From Lama glama (Eukaryota): 64,000 nt of DNA. Shown in pieces: positions 50,535 to 64,000 of the stretch. The translations under genes and the position numbers were made by a program. The notes beneath the pieces were generated by a model that saw only the letters and a list, made by a program, of their open reading frames with translations, was not told where the DNA came from and did no database searches. How positions within the stretch are numbered: position 1 is the first letter of the stretch; each line of letters opens with the position of its first letter. The DNA is taken from positions 75,146,001-75,210,000 of the forward strand of contig CM052817.1 in the NCBI GenBank assembly GCA_028534125.1, given 5' to 3'.

Positions 50535-51230
50535 AGAAAAACACTAAGCTGCTGGTAATTAGAAGACTCAATAATACAATGGCTTAAAAAAATACATTTC
50601 TCTCTCCTGTAACACTCCTGGAGTAATGAGTCCAGGACATTGGTGCAGCTCTGCTCAATCAGCGTGCTCATCCAGGGACCCAGTCTGCTTCTACCATGTT
50701 CTGCCATTCTCTAGAGCAGGGATCTGCAAACATTTTCTGTAAAGGGACAGAGTGTAAATATTTTAAGCTTTGAAGGATATACAGCGTCTCGTGCAATTAC
50801 CTCAGCCATTGTGGTGGGAAAGTAGCCACAGACTCTATGCCATGAATGGGCATGGCTATGTTCTAATACACCTTTTTTTTTTTTTTTAACAGGCAGAGGG
50901 AGGGATTTGGCTTTTAGGTTGTAGTCTACCAACCCCTGTACTAGGGCACTGTTACTGCGTGGTTGAAGCTGGGTCCCTTCACTGGCAAGGAGAGGAAAGA
51001 AAATGTGGAATTAGCATACTGCTTTTTGTAACATCCAAACATGGAAGTGACAGATATTACTTTGGTTTACAGTCAATCAGCAAAAATTTATTCACCCTTT
51101 CATACTATATAGAAGACTGGAAAAGATAGTTTAGCTGAGAAGTAGTATGTCCAGCTACAGTTCTTTTTTTCTTTTTTTTTTAATGGAAAGAGTAGAGAAA
51201 GGATCTGGTGAACAGCAAGCAATCTGTCAC
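50535..51230 (-). mobile_element. MLT1J/K-like MaLR LTR interrupted by MER58A
   Basis: aatacaatggcttaaa...ggtgcagctctgctc...catccagggacccag...ggaagtgacagatattacttt...gactggaaaagatagtttagctg. Confidence 0.65.
50717..50938 (+). mobile_element. MER58A hAT-Charlie DNA transposon fossil
   Basis: Terminal inverted repeats CAGGGatctgcaaac...taccaacCCCTG. The body reads ttttctgtaaagggacagagtgtaaatatttta. Flanks CTCTAGAG and TACTAGGG resemble a decayed 8-bp hAT TSD. Confidence 0.85.
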
Positions 51231-53789
51231 AATCATACAGAATTTGCAAGAAAAATACAGAAAACTGATATCATAATATTCTATCATGATTTAGCCAGAC
51301 AACAAAATGTATGCAGAATGAGATGTTATCAACTTCCTAAATATATAAAATAAAATTGGACTTACTAAGATTTTATATATCATAAAAGCTGTCCTGCATT
51401 GTGGTTATCTTTGACTCACTGAATAAATTAGCTCCAAGTTGGAATGCTTAACACCTATTTTAGATACTATAAAATTAGTAGTTTTCAACTGTCAGCTCAT
51501 TTTGTTTCTCTGAGTTTGCATGCCCAACACATTCTTAAACAGAATCTATAATTCACAGCCTGCAGAAACTGATAAATGTATCTATGCAGTTTTGTGGCAA
51601 ATGTATGCCATTTGAAACAGCTGAATGCAAACTCGGTTGATGGTGCTCTCCAGCTGTCAGGAGTTTGCTAGGAAGTGTCATGCTGCCTACAGATATGTCA
51701 ATATTTTATCAAATATTTTTCCAAAATGCACATTCTAAATCTATTTCCAAATGTGTTATCTATAAGACAATCTAAAAAAGAATTCCTCAAAGTTACTAGA
51801 ACACATAAAGTTAGTTGCCTATATCAGCCTAATTCTATGAATAAGATTAAAATGCCAAGACTATGTAATTATGTAGTAATCAAATATGCTATTAGTGTTT
51901 TACTCTTATGCTTGGACCTAAAATATAAAAATCTTTGGCAATTATTTGTGCCAAGACTCTATTTGCTCTAATCACTTTACATTTTTCCATTAACATAAAA
52001 TGACAGTGGTATTTATTCACTGCCCTCAAATGGCAACTTGTAAGGACACAGCTTTTTTGTTGTCATACTGAATACACGCTGGGATCCACACAAACTTCCA
52101 TTCTTATTTTTTTTTGTTTCATGTCAGACTCCCTCTCTTTCAACTATTCATGCATTCATTCACACACTGCACTTTTTCTTATATTTTTATCTTATTGTTA
52201 ATAGATAAACCTCGATTTCTGGCTGAGATAGTTGTTAAATTCTCACCGATATTTGATACCATGGCAGTATAATATCCAAACTTTCATTTTTTTTTGTCTC
52301 CTAAAAGTTTTCATATATTGATATGATTTGTTAGTACATGATGGGTTTTAAATTAATTTTGGCATATCTGCCTGACTCCACTACAATGATGAGATTCTCT
52401 AGAGCAATAAACAAATCTAACATAATTAGCTATTAAATAAAATGGGTCATTTTGGAGGGGAGTAAAATCTGGCTTCTATTTGTACTTGAAAGGAAAAACT
52501 TAATCAATCATGCCTCTGAATTTGTGTAATGTACTTTTATAAAAGATTCTCACGCATCTCCTACATTCCTTTTGAAATGTGCATTAAGTTCTGAATTAAC
52601 ATAATGCCAGAATATTAGCTCCTGATTTAATTACTCCTGTTTCCACATCACAGTGTCCTTCAGCACAATAAAACTATAAACAATATTACCATGGAAAAAT
52701 AGTAAGATTATGCAATAAAACTTCAGCAGTTAAAGTGAGGAAGTATTTGAATGTTAAACTCATTTGGATATATATACATTTGAGACAAGCATTATTGCAT
52801 TGAAAGTAGAAATAGTAAGATTTTGGCCTTAACTACTTTTCCCTTTCTTCATTAAGATGAAGATTTTGATGAAAAAAATAAAAAATGTGACCTTGTCCCT
52901 ACTCTATTAGAGTCTTTTTTGAGTATCATGCATCATCCATGTTTTTATCATCCACCTGGGTACTGCCAGGCTATCTGCCAGATTATAGTTGAAGAGAATG
53001 ATGTTAGGACACTTTATCTTGAAGGGTATCATCAAAGAGCATAAGGTGTTCTTGTTCTGGGTAAGTTGAGATAGAGCCCTGATGAAGAGTTCTTTTCATT
53101 TTCTTGCACGTTCACAAAGGGAAAAAAAAGTAAGATTTTTTTTTTAGATATTCTGGAAGATACATTCTTCTGTGTAAAGTCAAAGAAAAGAGCCATAAGG
53201 GTTGGTGAAAACTTTTTATTCCACTGAACTACATTAATGATTCTCTACTAAAGACAATAGAATCTAAAGAACAGAGGGGAGAATTCCAAAACCAAGCAAA
53301 TGGATAAGACCAAGTAGTGCACCATGCCTGATGACAAACAGTAAACTTTTAGTCACTTAGAAACATCAAAAATGGGGCTTAGACAAAATGCTGAATTTAA
53401 AAGGAAATATTACATTGAAGACTAAAAAGAAAAGCCCATTTTTAATAATGAAGAAAAATTATGTGTATAGATACATAATCTGTTCTATGTTCCTAAGTAA
53501 GTCTAATGATACAATCTTTATTAAGCAAAGTAAGGGATAATGAATAAACAACAGAGTATATTGAACCAAGGAAACAAGTAAATTAACTGACAAGAAGAGG
53601 ACCCAGGAAAAAAAAAATACTGGAGGGAAAAAGAAAACAAGAAACAAATTATTCACATAGAAGCAGATAAACAGAATTAGCACTGCAGAAATTCCAATCA
53701 AATATATAAAGAATAAAGTTGAGACGTTATTTCTAAAATACAGAATAAAAAGACAAAGTTAACATGAAAGGCTAGGATGAGGATGGAAA

Positions 53790-55317
53790 ATACTGGCGAC
53801 GAATTCCTTGAGATTTTTCCTTCCCTACCATATATCCCAGACAAAGTGCTACAGAAGCCTCCAATCAGGAACTGCCAACAGACACAGGCAAGAATCTCCA
53901 AGGAAAGCCTGTTCTTAATCAGAGGACTACAACAACAATTTGGACTAAGGACAGAAATCTTTTTGCCACTACCCATCCTTCTTCAAACTGTTACCAATGG
54001 AAACCACCCCCTCACCTGCCCACATGTCCCCAGGCCTCTGTCCCTCTCCACCTGGCAGAAGCAGGCAGTACTCCAAGTCCCCCTCCTTGTGTTCTTGGCC
54101 CAAGGAGGAAGCAGATATTCCCTCCCCTATCTGGTGGGATAAAGTGAGCTTCCAGCCCCATCTGAGAGAGCAGGATGTGCTCTGATTCCCACATCAGGGT
54201 ACTGCCAGAAGGGTCCAGCTGGAAGAAAAACTCCCAAATGATTTTTGACAAATGTGTGAAAACAATTTATTTTAGAAAGAATAGTCTTTTTGACAATGGT
54301 GCTAGAGCAACTGGACATCTACAGGGGAATAAAAAAGAAGAACCTTGACATAAGCCTCCCACCTTATAAAAAATTAACTCAAATTGGATCATGGACTTAA
54401 AATGTAAAACTATAGAACTTTTTGTAACAACCATAGAAGGAGATGTTTGGATATTCACTGAAGAAAATACACAGATGCAAATAAATACATAAAAGTATGT
54501 CCTATATTACTGGTCACTAGTGAAATACAACTAATACTACAATGAGATATTACTACAAACCTATCAGAATAGCTAAAATTAAAAAAATGACAATATCAAA
54601 TGCTCTAAAGGAGGTGGAGAAATAAATCAATTATATCTTGGTGATGACTATATGAAATGGTATAGATCCTTTGGAAAACAGTTTAACAGTTTCTTATGAA
54701 GCTAAACGTGCAGCTATTCTATCTCACATTTCTAGACACTTACCTGGAGAAATGAAAAATTATGTTCACTTAAAAACTGTACATTAATATTCACAGAAGC
54801 TTTATTTGTAATACTTCAAGACAGGCAACAACCCAGATGTTCTCCAATGAGTGAATAAACAAATTGTGCTACATTCACACCTAAGAATACTACTCAGCAA
54901 TTAAAAAGCAACAAACTACTGACGTAAGCAACAACTTGGATGAATCTCTAGAGAATTATGTCTAGTGAAAAAAGTCAATCAGGCTTTAATACAGGCCACA
55001 TACTTTAGTATTCCAGTTATACCGAATTACAAAAGTAAAAATTGAAGAACAGATTAATGGTTGACAGACATGTGGGGAATAAGCTGTGTATAGCACCCCT
55101 CCAAAATAAAAGGGTAACAGGAGGGATACCTGTGGTGATGGAAATGCTCTGCATCTCAAATGAATTCGTATCAGTACACCTTCTGTGATATTATACTACA
55201 GTTTTGCAAGGTATCACCATTAGAGAAAACTGGGTAGAAGTTACTCAGAATCACTCTGCATTAATTTTTACGACTGCATGTAAATCAAAAATCATCTTAA
55301 ACTATCTCAAAAAGTTT
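53790..55317 (+). mobile_element. L1MD-like LINE: 5' UTR-like segment (about 53790-54230) joined to the ORF2 C-terminus and 3' UTR
   Basis: ORF2 end: tgatttttgacaaa...aaaaattaactcaaattggatcatggacttaaa. 3' UTR: gtggtgatggaaatg...gtgatattatactacagttttgcaag...actgcatgtaaatc. Confidence 0.75.
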
Positions 55318-55899
55318 TGTTTTTAACGTAACATTTCAAATCCTTAAATATGTTTGTGAAGTTTTACCCCTTAATTTAACTTCTGGGAATCTATCTCCAT
55401 GTGGTCTTTGCTCTTTTCTTGTTTTCTCCTGTATATATATGTATTTATTTAGCACTTCCTATAAGCACATTACATGCATAACCTCATTTAATCTTTTCAA
55501 ACATCCTATTGGGTACTTTGTTAATATCCTTGATTCAAGAATGTGTCTATCACACAACAAGTAAATTATTGCACTGGGTTTTTTGCTCAGAATTATCTAA
55601 CTTTAATGACATGATCTTCACTGCTATCTTCTACAGAATTATTTTAATATCCAAAAAGAAAAGGGAAAAAAAAGGATATTAACCATATGTTGAAAACTAG
55701 GGAAACCATGAAGTTTGGTCTTCTATAAGATACGTTATTACTAGCCAGGAGAATGTGTTTAACAAGTTTTTTTAATATATTCATAAGTGAAAAGATCACT
55801 CTATTCATTGTAATAAAAATTCTATAAAGTACAACACATTTATTATTTGGTCAACATGAAATGGATTTTTAAAATGTAGGTAACCAAACAAAAGAAAAA

Positions 55900-57320
55900 T
55901 CATAAATGCTGCACATATTTTCACTTTAAAATAGAGATTTGACTGGGAAAAAGTTAGAATATTTAGAATTTAAGATGACTTTAAAGAGGAGTATATAAAA
56001 ATCAATGTCTTTTTGATACGCTAAGAAAAATATAGTAAAAAATAAAAAGGAAAAATAAGCATTCTATTATCAAAGGAACCAAAAACATAAAACGGGGGGT
56101 ACATTTAATAAGAAATCTGTAGGATCTATAAATTTAAAAAGTTAGAGAAATTGAAGGCCACAAATGAATATATGACTAAATATCTTATAGAAGGATAATT
56201 ACATATCCTCCAAAAATTAATATTCATATTTAATACAATTCCAAATTACGAGTGCATTATTCTAAAATTAATCTGCAAAAAAATGCATAAGAATATCAGA
56301 AAATTCTGAAAAAATTAATAGAAGAGGACTTTTTGTATAAGATATCAATATATATTATAATAATAACATATTAAACTAGCATTGAAATCAACAAATAAAA
56401 ACCTAGAAGGTACAAATATGCCCCAGTGTGTTGTAATTTAAGTAATTCATTAGTTAATAAATGCATTATGAATAAACTTAGATACTTATATTGAATCAAA
56501 TGCCAGTATAATTTTAGATCAATTTAAAGATTATATTTTGAAAAGAAATGATGAAAGAATTAAAAAAATTTTAGGCAAATGTCTACCTCTATGTAAGTCC
56601 TTATGATAAGGGAGGATTTTAGAAGCTTAAATCACAGATAAAAATCATAAAACAAATTACTTTTAAATGTTTACATAAAAATCAAAATTTTTTAAACCAA
56701 AGCTTGATGAGAAATGGAAAAAAAAATTAATTCCGAAAATATTCACTCAAAATATGGGTAGGGAAAAGTTAAGCATCTGTCTTAATTTTATAACACTATC
56801 ACCTATTTATCATCTGCCTATTATCTATCTATCTACCTATCTATCCACTTATCTATCTATCTTGTCTAGGGAACATATGAAAATTAATGATAGAATGGAA
56901 TAAAACAAAATAGGAAAAATGATTTGAGAATATACACAAGAAATTCATAAGAGTAAAAATGCAAATAATAGCAAATCCCACTCGTAACCAAAGACAAAAT
57001 AAAATGAGAGACTACAATTTATTTCTCATATTATACAATAAAGAATAGCCCAAACCAGAATGTCAAGAGAAGGCAAGAAAAGAATGTTTGCTCACATACT
57101 GCTGGTGCAATATTAATGACCCCAGGAATTCAGGAAAACAACTTACAGCTCTAAAAATAACAAAATAATTTGACTTAATGTTTGGAAATAAATACGGTCC
57201 TCAAATAGGAAAATTACTAAATAATTATGTATTAATATGCCAGAATATTATGAAAATATTAAAAATATGTTGACATGCATAAACATAGTAAGATGTTCCA
57301 AATATATGGTGAAAATTTGG
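55900..57320 (+). mobile_element. Very old, A-rich L1ME-like ORF2/3' remnant
   Basis: Strong A bias with residual motifs: aaattaatattcatatttaatacaattcca and ctcacatactgctggtg. Confidence 0.5.
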
Positions 57321-57419
57321 AAAGGAAGTTACAGCTCTCCTTTCTGCTCTTTTTGTTCCCCTCTCCTTCCTTTACATTCCCCTTCCCTTCTCTTCCCTAT
57401 AGATTAAGCCTGTTTTGAG

Positions 57420-58350
57420 GAGACCAAGAAAGGTATGAGAAATGTGAGAAGAGTGAGAGGCAGCTATGGTGACCTAGTGGAAACTATCTTAACTGAAACA
57501 AAGTAGAATAACCATTAAGTAGGCAGGGGTGCAGTGATGTGTCTGGAGGAAAATTTCAGAGCCAAAGCAGGGTGAGGGGGACAATTGAGTGGGGGAATTG
57601 CCCAACACATGTATCAGAGGTCAAGGTGTGTGAGAAAGGCAACCATGGCATGTAGGAGTCCTATAGTAGGGCATTTGAGCCCAAGTAGGGTGAGGAAAGC
57701 AATTATGAAGCAAGCTGACTACAGAGGCCTGGCATGGGACAAGGCACCATGAGTATGGTGAGAAAGATGGTACCACACTGGAGTGTTCAATCCCGAACAG
57801 TGTGCTGAAGTTTGTGTAGTATAAGGAAGATTCTCTAGGGGCAGGGAAGGGTGTTGGCAGCATGGCATGATGAGATGAAGCCTGATTTGGGTGAAGAGGC
57901 CATTTGTGCAGGAGAAGAAGATAATAGTGGCCCAGAAAATGATACTAGAACAAAAGTGATGTGAGAAATGCCTTTATGCTGAGATTGGTGGGTGGATGAC
58001 TGACACCTGTGGAACATTGGTTTACTCATTGATCAAGTGAGTAAAATTACTGGTAATTATAGGAGCCAGATTTCTTGGATAAAAGAACTACAAATAAGGG
58101 AAGAAGATAAACTGAAATAAACCCTGTAGTATTAGATTGGCATTGAAGATACAGGTCTGAACTTGTGGATTTCAGTATATCGGTATAGGTTTAGGCATAG
58201 AGATAACAGAAATAAATGTGTATGTATACACACACATACACACGCATGCACTACGTATTATATATATTTCCAAGCTCTGTTTATTGAGATGATAAAGGAA
58301 TAGCAACAACTCAGTAATGATGACCACTCCTGATATCTAGATTTTGTTTT
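57420..58350 (+). mobile_element. L1MC4/5-like 3' UTR remnant
   Basis: ataacccctgtagtattagattgg-like segment and tttccaagctctgtttattgagatg...gcaacaactcagtaatgatgaccac...ctagattttgttttctaatac. Confidence 0.4.
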
Positions 58351-58359
58351 CTAATACAA

Positions 58360-59900
58360 TTCTCATCCCTTTTTTTATTGTTGGATATTTAACATTTTAT
58401 TCATCCCTTCATAAACTGCTGAACATATGAGTTGCTTACATTTTTGGCTATTATGAATAAAACTGCTATGAACATTTATGTGCAAGTCGTGTGTGTGTGT
58501 GTGTGGCCATTTGCTTTCAATTCTCTTATCTAGAAATGGAGTATCTGGATAATATGATAATTATTTTTTTAAGAACTGTCAAACTATTTTCAAAAGAGAC
58601 ATTTTACATTCCCCTTAACAATGGTCAAGGGTTCAAATTTCTCCTTGATATCACCAACATAATTTATTATCTGTCTTTTTTATTATATTAACTCCAGTGC
58701 TTGTAAAGAGTACCTTGTTTTAATTTGAATATTCCTGGTGGCTGATGATATTGATCCTCTTTCCATGAACTTACTGGGCCATATACAAATTTGTGTATCT
58801 TATTTGGAGAATGTCTATGTCCTTTTCTTATTTTTTGTTATTTTTAATTTGTGAGTGTTCTTTATATACTTTTTGAAACAGACACATGTATTAAAAATGC
58901 AATGTGGCAATTCTGAAAATCAGATTCCTCCCATTCATATAACTTCACCAAGGGATTATCATTGTTATTCTTGATGTTCGCTTAAGAGAATTTTCTAAAC
59001 TCTGAACTAATTCTCTAAATGCTTATCATTTGTCATATGTAGCCACTGAAGTCTTTGCCTGATTAGCTTAACGGTCACATAATTATTAGACAGAGATTTC
59101 CTTAAATACTTGACTTCCTCTTTTGATAAAGGGCTGTTTGTGTTTGGGTATGTCTTCAACACTTCAACAGGCAGTTTTTATTTCTGCCTTATACTTCATT
59201 TTCTGTTTCACTTGAGATAGAGTTGGCTAGAGAAATTGACTTTAGACCTTTACAAATCTTTCCTGAGCAAGTGCAATTTCTCCCATATGTATGTGACCTT
59301 TTAGATATTCCCTAGAATTTGCCTTGCTTTTTCAGAGTGCCTAGTGATATCTAATTCTCTTTTTTTTTTTTTTTTTGAGTATTTTCGTCAGTCTCTTGAC
59401 AGCCTCAGCTGGTAATTTGCCACAGGAAGATGTGATGTTAAAACAACTGCCACTTAACTGTTGTCAACAAATATATGTGGAATAAGACTATTTGCACAAA
59501 GTAAATGCTAAACCAGATCAAGTAAAGACAAACCCTAAGAACAAAGCTTTTCAGCAAGCTGCTAGACAGCTTAAAACTGAAAAAAATCTGAGGATGGGGC
59601 TTTTGTGGAGCTCCAAATTGACTCTGCCCATTTCACGGACTGCTTGACAATTGGTTTTCAAAGTTATTGTAATTGGGAGATCTTGTTTTTTAAGGCTATC
59701 CCAGAGCTGAGGAAAGAATTAGGACAGGTTAAAATACCATAAAGCTCACTGTTCTTACTGAGATTCAGCTATTTTTCTTGAATAAACACTTCTCAGATTG
59801 TTACAAATCTTTAGTTAATATTGGAATCCTGAAAAGGTTGATTTTGATATTTTTTGCTCTTTTCTCATTGTTTTTATTCAGAAAAAGCCTTTTTTCTTTC
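58360..59900 (-). mobile_element. Old L1 fragments: ORF2 3' part (about 58360-58880) and a 5'-region part (about 58880-59900)
   Basis: tttttggctattatgaataaaactgctatgaacattt and gaactgtcaaactattttcaaa, then gtggcaattctgaaaatcagattc and ctcactgttcttactgagattcagc. Confidence 0.6.
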
Positions 59901-61279
59901 TATTAAGATTAATGCTAAAAATTCGTAAGACTTTCAGAATGGATTGATGAGTAACTTAAAATTTTATTTATTTATCTATCTACCTATTTATTTTTTATGG
60001 ATTTCCTTGCCATATATTCAAAATTTCCTACAATAAATAAGAACTTTTCATGTAAAGAGTATTTTCATTTACGTCCTATGTGCTTAAATGCTATAATGGA
60101 GGAACCAATTTGCTCCTTCATAATTATTCTATGTATTGTCCTGTGCACTGGGAGTGCTACAATAAAATATTTTCTTACAAGGAGACTTTTTTCTATCAAG
60201 ATTAAATTTCTAGTAATATTTTTAAGTAAAATTTCTATTAAATTAAAATACTTGAGCTTTATCTTATCAATCTGACAAATGAAAGCAAATAGGTCAACAC
60301 AGGAGAATTTTCCAAATATATATTCTAGTTCTGAAAATGGCACTATTACATTTGGAAATATAAGGAAGGCCAAATCTCAATGACCAATGACCAAGCAAAG
60401 TTTGATTTCTTAGGCTATGATAAAAAAATGAAAAGCAAGGAAAATAAAAATGTATTATATTATGAAAGCATTACATCTTCCCATTAGGGTAGGAAAGATG
60501 CCTTTCAGGTTCTAATTGAAGATTTGATTATGTGAAACACAGTCTGTAATGTACTCTGCCTGATAGACTTGATGATTCAGAAATGCTAGACAGCTATTTA
60601 TCAAAGACTGTCCTCTATGCTGCTGGCTTCATGTGCCAAAAGAAACTCAATGAACATGATATACTGCTAACAGATGCAGAACATGCCACTAATAAAAAGA
60701 ACACTAATTCTATAAGGTTTTAATCTATATTTTAATTTTTGCTTCTCTTATTTTTAAAGTTCTAGCTTTTCCTTCTATCAGGTTGCTTTGAGAATGCTTC
60801 AGATGGTAGTTCCACATAGTATTGTGTTTAAAGTGCTTAGCTCAGTGTCTGACTGGCATCTCAATAAATGCTTAACTAATTTTTTAGTAGTAGTATCATC
60901 ATTTTATTTAAGGAATTAATGGATTTAACATTCAAAGTTACTACTTATAATTTTAAAGTAATTTCAAAATGCATTTGATGTATATATCTTTAAATCCATT
61001 CTATGACATATATTTTATAAGTTATAGGAGTCCAAAAATCATTTGATTAATATAATAATGTTATGCATTGATTTTTTATTAACATCTTAAAAATAATAAT
61101 CATATTTATTATTGTATTTTTGCTAATCAAGGATTTATTTTCTGTTTTTCAAAGACTCACAATGCTCAAATATCTCAGGATTAAAATTTTCTAAACCAGG
61201 TAAGAATCATGTTCACAGAGGTGCTTATGTAATTAAAGATGGTTTTGTCACCAAAAGCATACTAAATAGATACAAATAT

Positions 61280-62000
61280 ATTTTATAACTTTATGTGATA
61301 ATAAACATTTATCTTAACATAGCAGCTTTATGAATAATTACACATACGTATTATTTTCTTTTTTAAAAGACGTGTATATTACAAACACTAGCCCACAATC
61401 CCATGAGAATGTCATTGTATTGTGAAAAAGTTGCATGTAGATGTGATTTAAAAACCCAACCAAAAGAGAACAATGTAATCCTTAGCAATACAGTTAACTT
61501 GCTTTAAATGATTCTTTGCATCTACCTCCAGAAAAATATAACAACATTTTTCCACCCTCTATATTTTATCTTTTCCTCATAACTTGTATTTCTACAGTGG
61601 GATCATACACTACATCTTCTCTCTGCTGTAGTTTTTAATTATAACAATATTTTGAAAATATTCTATATTAGTACAAGTAGATATATGACTCATGTACATG
61701 TACAATAGTTTATTTAACAATCACTAAGTTAATTTATTAGCATTTCAACTGCATCCTAATTTTGCTATTTCAGTTTAATCTATATTATAATACATCTCGG
61801 AAGACTTTTACGTGTATATTTACATAAAATAATTGCAATAGAATTGCTGTGTCAATAATTCTGTGCCCTTTACATATTAGTAGATGGTACCAAACTTCTC
61901 TTCAGAAAGATTGTACCAACTTTCACTCCCAACTAATTATGTTTGACTGTGCCCATTGCCCCACATTCCACACTACAATATGAATATCCACATTTAAATT
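61280..62000 (-). mobile_element. L1ME-like 3' fragment
   Basis: agtgggatcatac...agtttatttaacaatcac...tagaattgctgtgtca...ttcagaaagattgtaccaactttcactcccaac. Confidence 0.55.
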
Positions 62001-64000
62001 ATAGTATACTGAGTGAGACCACTTGTACTGTGCTTGGAGACCACAAATCTCCTATGTCATTATTCTGTATACCTGTGAACTGTCACTGCTATAATAAAAC
62101 ATCTTCTCACAAAGAGCCTCTTATTTTTCTTTTTTATGCAATAGCTATCAGTCTGGTAACTTTTGTTGTTCATTTAGATGATGAGGGAAATATAAGAAGT
62201 AAGGCTTGTCAGTTTTACAAAGTTTTGGTTAAAGCTTGGATTGTGGCAAAGCTCATTCACTCTACAGTTGCTTAAAAATATTCTAACTTCACCTGAGTGA
62301 GCTGCTTACATGAATTTCACTTGAATTTCTTGTGTCATCCCTCTGCTTTTCCAGAATTGCTTCTATCACGGATATTGGAAAATATCTAGAAGCCTGAAGC
62401 TTTCCCAAGGCTGCTTTATACTTGAATGCAAGGCAGTGATTGATATGAGACATCATATTCTCACAAGCTCTGCAAAATAAAGATTCGTTTCTCTACCAAA
62501 ATAAGTTTAACTTTCATCAGGGGAGTGCTCAAGCAAGTTACAATAACTTCACATTTTTCCTCAGATTCTATAATGGGTAATTGAGTTATGCAACTGTTGG
62601 AATGTTGGTGCACTGACACACCCATGCACAAGTTCATTTTGTATAACATAAAAATGTCATAAACAGCAAGACCCAAAACAAGGGTTTTGAATTGAATATT
62701 ATAGCTATAAGATGGACCATTCATATACAGAAATTTTTTTTTAAAAAGACTGAAGTCTCAGTGTTTGGAGATGCAATAACTTGAACCTTGGTTTCAGAAA
62801 TAACTGTTTATTTTTATGCATATTTCCATTAATTAAGTTAAAAACCTAAATAATGAGTCCTAAATTAGGTATTGGTATCCTTCAGGCTAGTAATTTTTCT
62901 AAGCTTAAAACTCTATTGATCCTGTGTCTGGCTTATTGTACTTGAGGATAGAGTGCAATCCATTACCAAGGAAAGCAAAGCCATTAGACTCCTCATGCAT
63001 TCAATTAGGCTATTACTTTATCTGTCTTAATTGATACTGCTAATAGTATCATATATAATTGCTCTGTATAGGCAGAAAAAGGAGTTGTTAATAAGTCTTA
63101 GCTAATTCACAGAATGACAATTAAGTACTATCAGTAGAACTGTACATACACCCAAGATCAATATGAGACCTATCTCCTCAGTTGTACAGCAGGTGGTGGA
63201 AAACAGTAATTTAAACTGGGTGATGATAATTTAAGGTGAACTGTACAGTATTTCTTTTTGTTTTCAGAGAAACAGGGTTCTTTTTGCTGTTTTTCTTTTT
63301 TGAGGGGAGTGATTATACAGGGATATTAACTTTGTGTTTGGATTGATGACAAAACAGTTCTGAAACTGGAATCACTGTTATTCACAAACTCTTATGTTTA
63401 ATTATGTCACAAGAAATATGCACTAAAAGAAAATCTCTCAACAAATTAAAACAACAAAAAAAGATTAAGTACCCTTCAACCTACTTGAACTTAAACAAAA
63501 ATACAGTGTAGAAAAATGCAGACTAGAGACCATGTTAAAATATGACTTTAAATGCTGATCTTTTTTCAATGCAATTTGCCTTGTAGGTGTAAATTAAGTG
63601 ATTTTCCTAGCTATTTTAACTTGACCAGTGAGATACTATTTAATTCAGACTTACACAATAAAATAGTTTCTTTCAGAAAAATAACATATTCAATGCCTAA
63701 GTATCTCAGTACCAAGTAATGCAGAGTGTTTTTTAATTCATTGTCCTGATACCAGAGTGAAGTATGTTCTGGGTCTAGGTAGGAGAGTTGTCTATAGTAG
63801 ATGGCTGTACTAGAGGGGAGGTGGGGAAGGGGGAAGAGTTCCTCTATCCAAACAAAAGATGCTTTGTTTCAGAAGCATACTTTCCCACTCTCTAGAACTG
63901 CTTGCTAAGATGTTCATTAAATTCTGTTTCATTAAGTCAGAGCACGGCTATAGCTGAAAAGAAATTGAGCTGTAAAGATATGTAGATCCTAGAAAGATTA

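Noticed and set aside
53777..54142. Longest ORF in the window (121 aa)
   Set aside because: It lies in an L1 5' UTR-like segment, with no recognisable domain or gene structure.
1..64000. CRISPR array, operon, intact retroviral ORFs, processed pseudogene, NUMT, rRNA or CpG-island promoter
   Set aside because: None seen by eye. The DNA is mammalian, repeat-rich and CpG-poor, with no regularly spaced repeats or long ORFs.

Overview
AT-rich, CpG-depleted mammalian genomic DNA with no supportable protein-coding gene. It reads as a gene desert or the interior of a very large intron. A tRNA-Ala-derived SINE of the camelid Vic-1 type (9131-9270) and a relatively young L1 with a cetartiodactyl-type 3' UTR (about 11664-14008) suggest a camelid genome. 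Much of the window is decayed transposons: L1, L2, MIR, MaLR/ERVL LTRs, a degraded ERVL interior, a solo LTR and hAT DNA-transposon fossils, with a nested stack at about 39.3-48.6 kb. The ORFs I could identify are L1 ORF2 fragments or microsatellite artefacts; the rest resemble nothing I recognise. The features most worth follow-up are a few strongly spliced-looking non-coding exon candidates on the + strand, a repeat-poor block at about 29-39 kb with HNF1-like sites and palindromes, an unassigned solo LTR, and old L1 copies with joined 5' and 3' parts. I found no evidence of a novel biological system. Repeat family names come from recall of consensus sequences, not from a search, and boundaries are approximate unless target-site duplications (TSDs) or terminal motifs are quoted.
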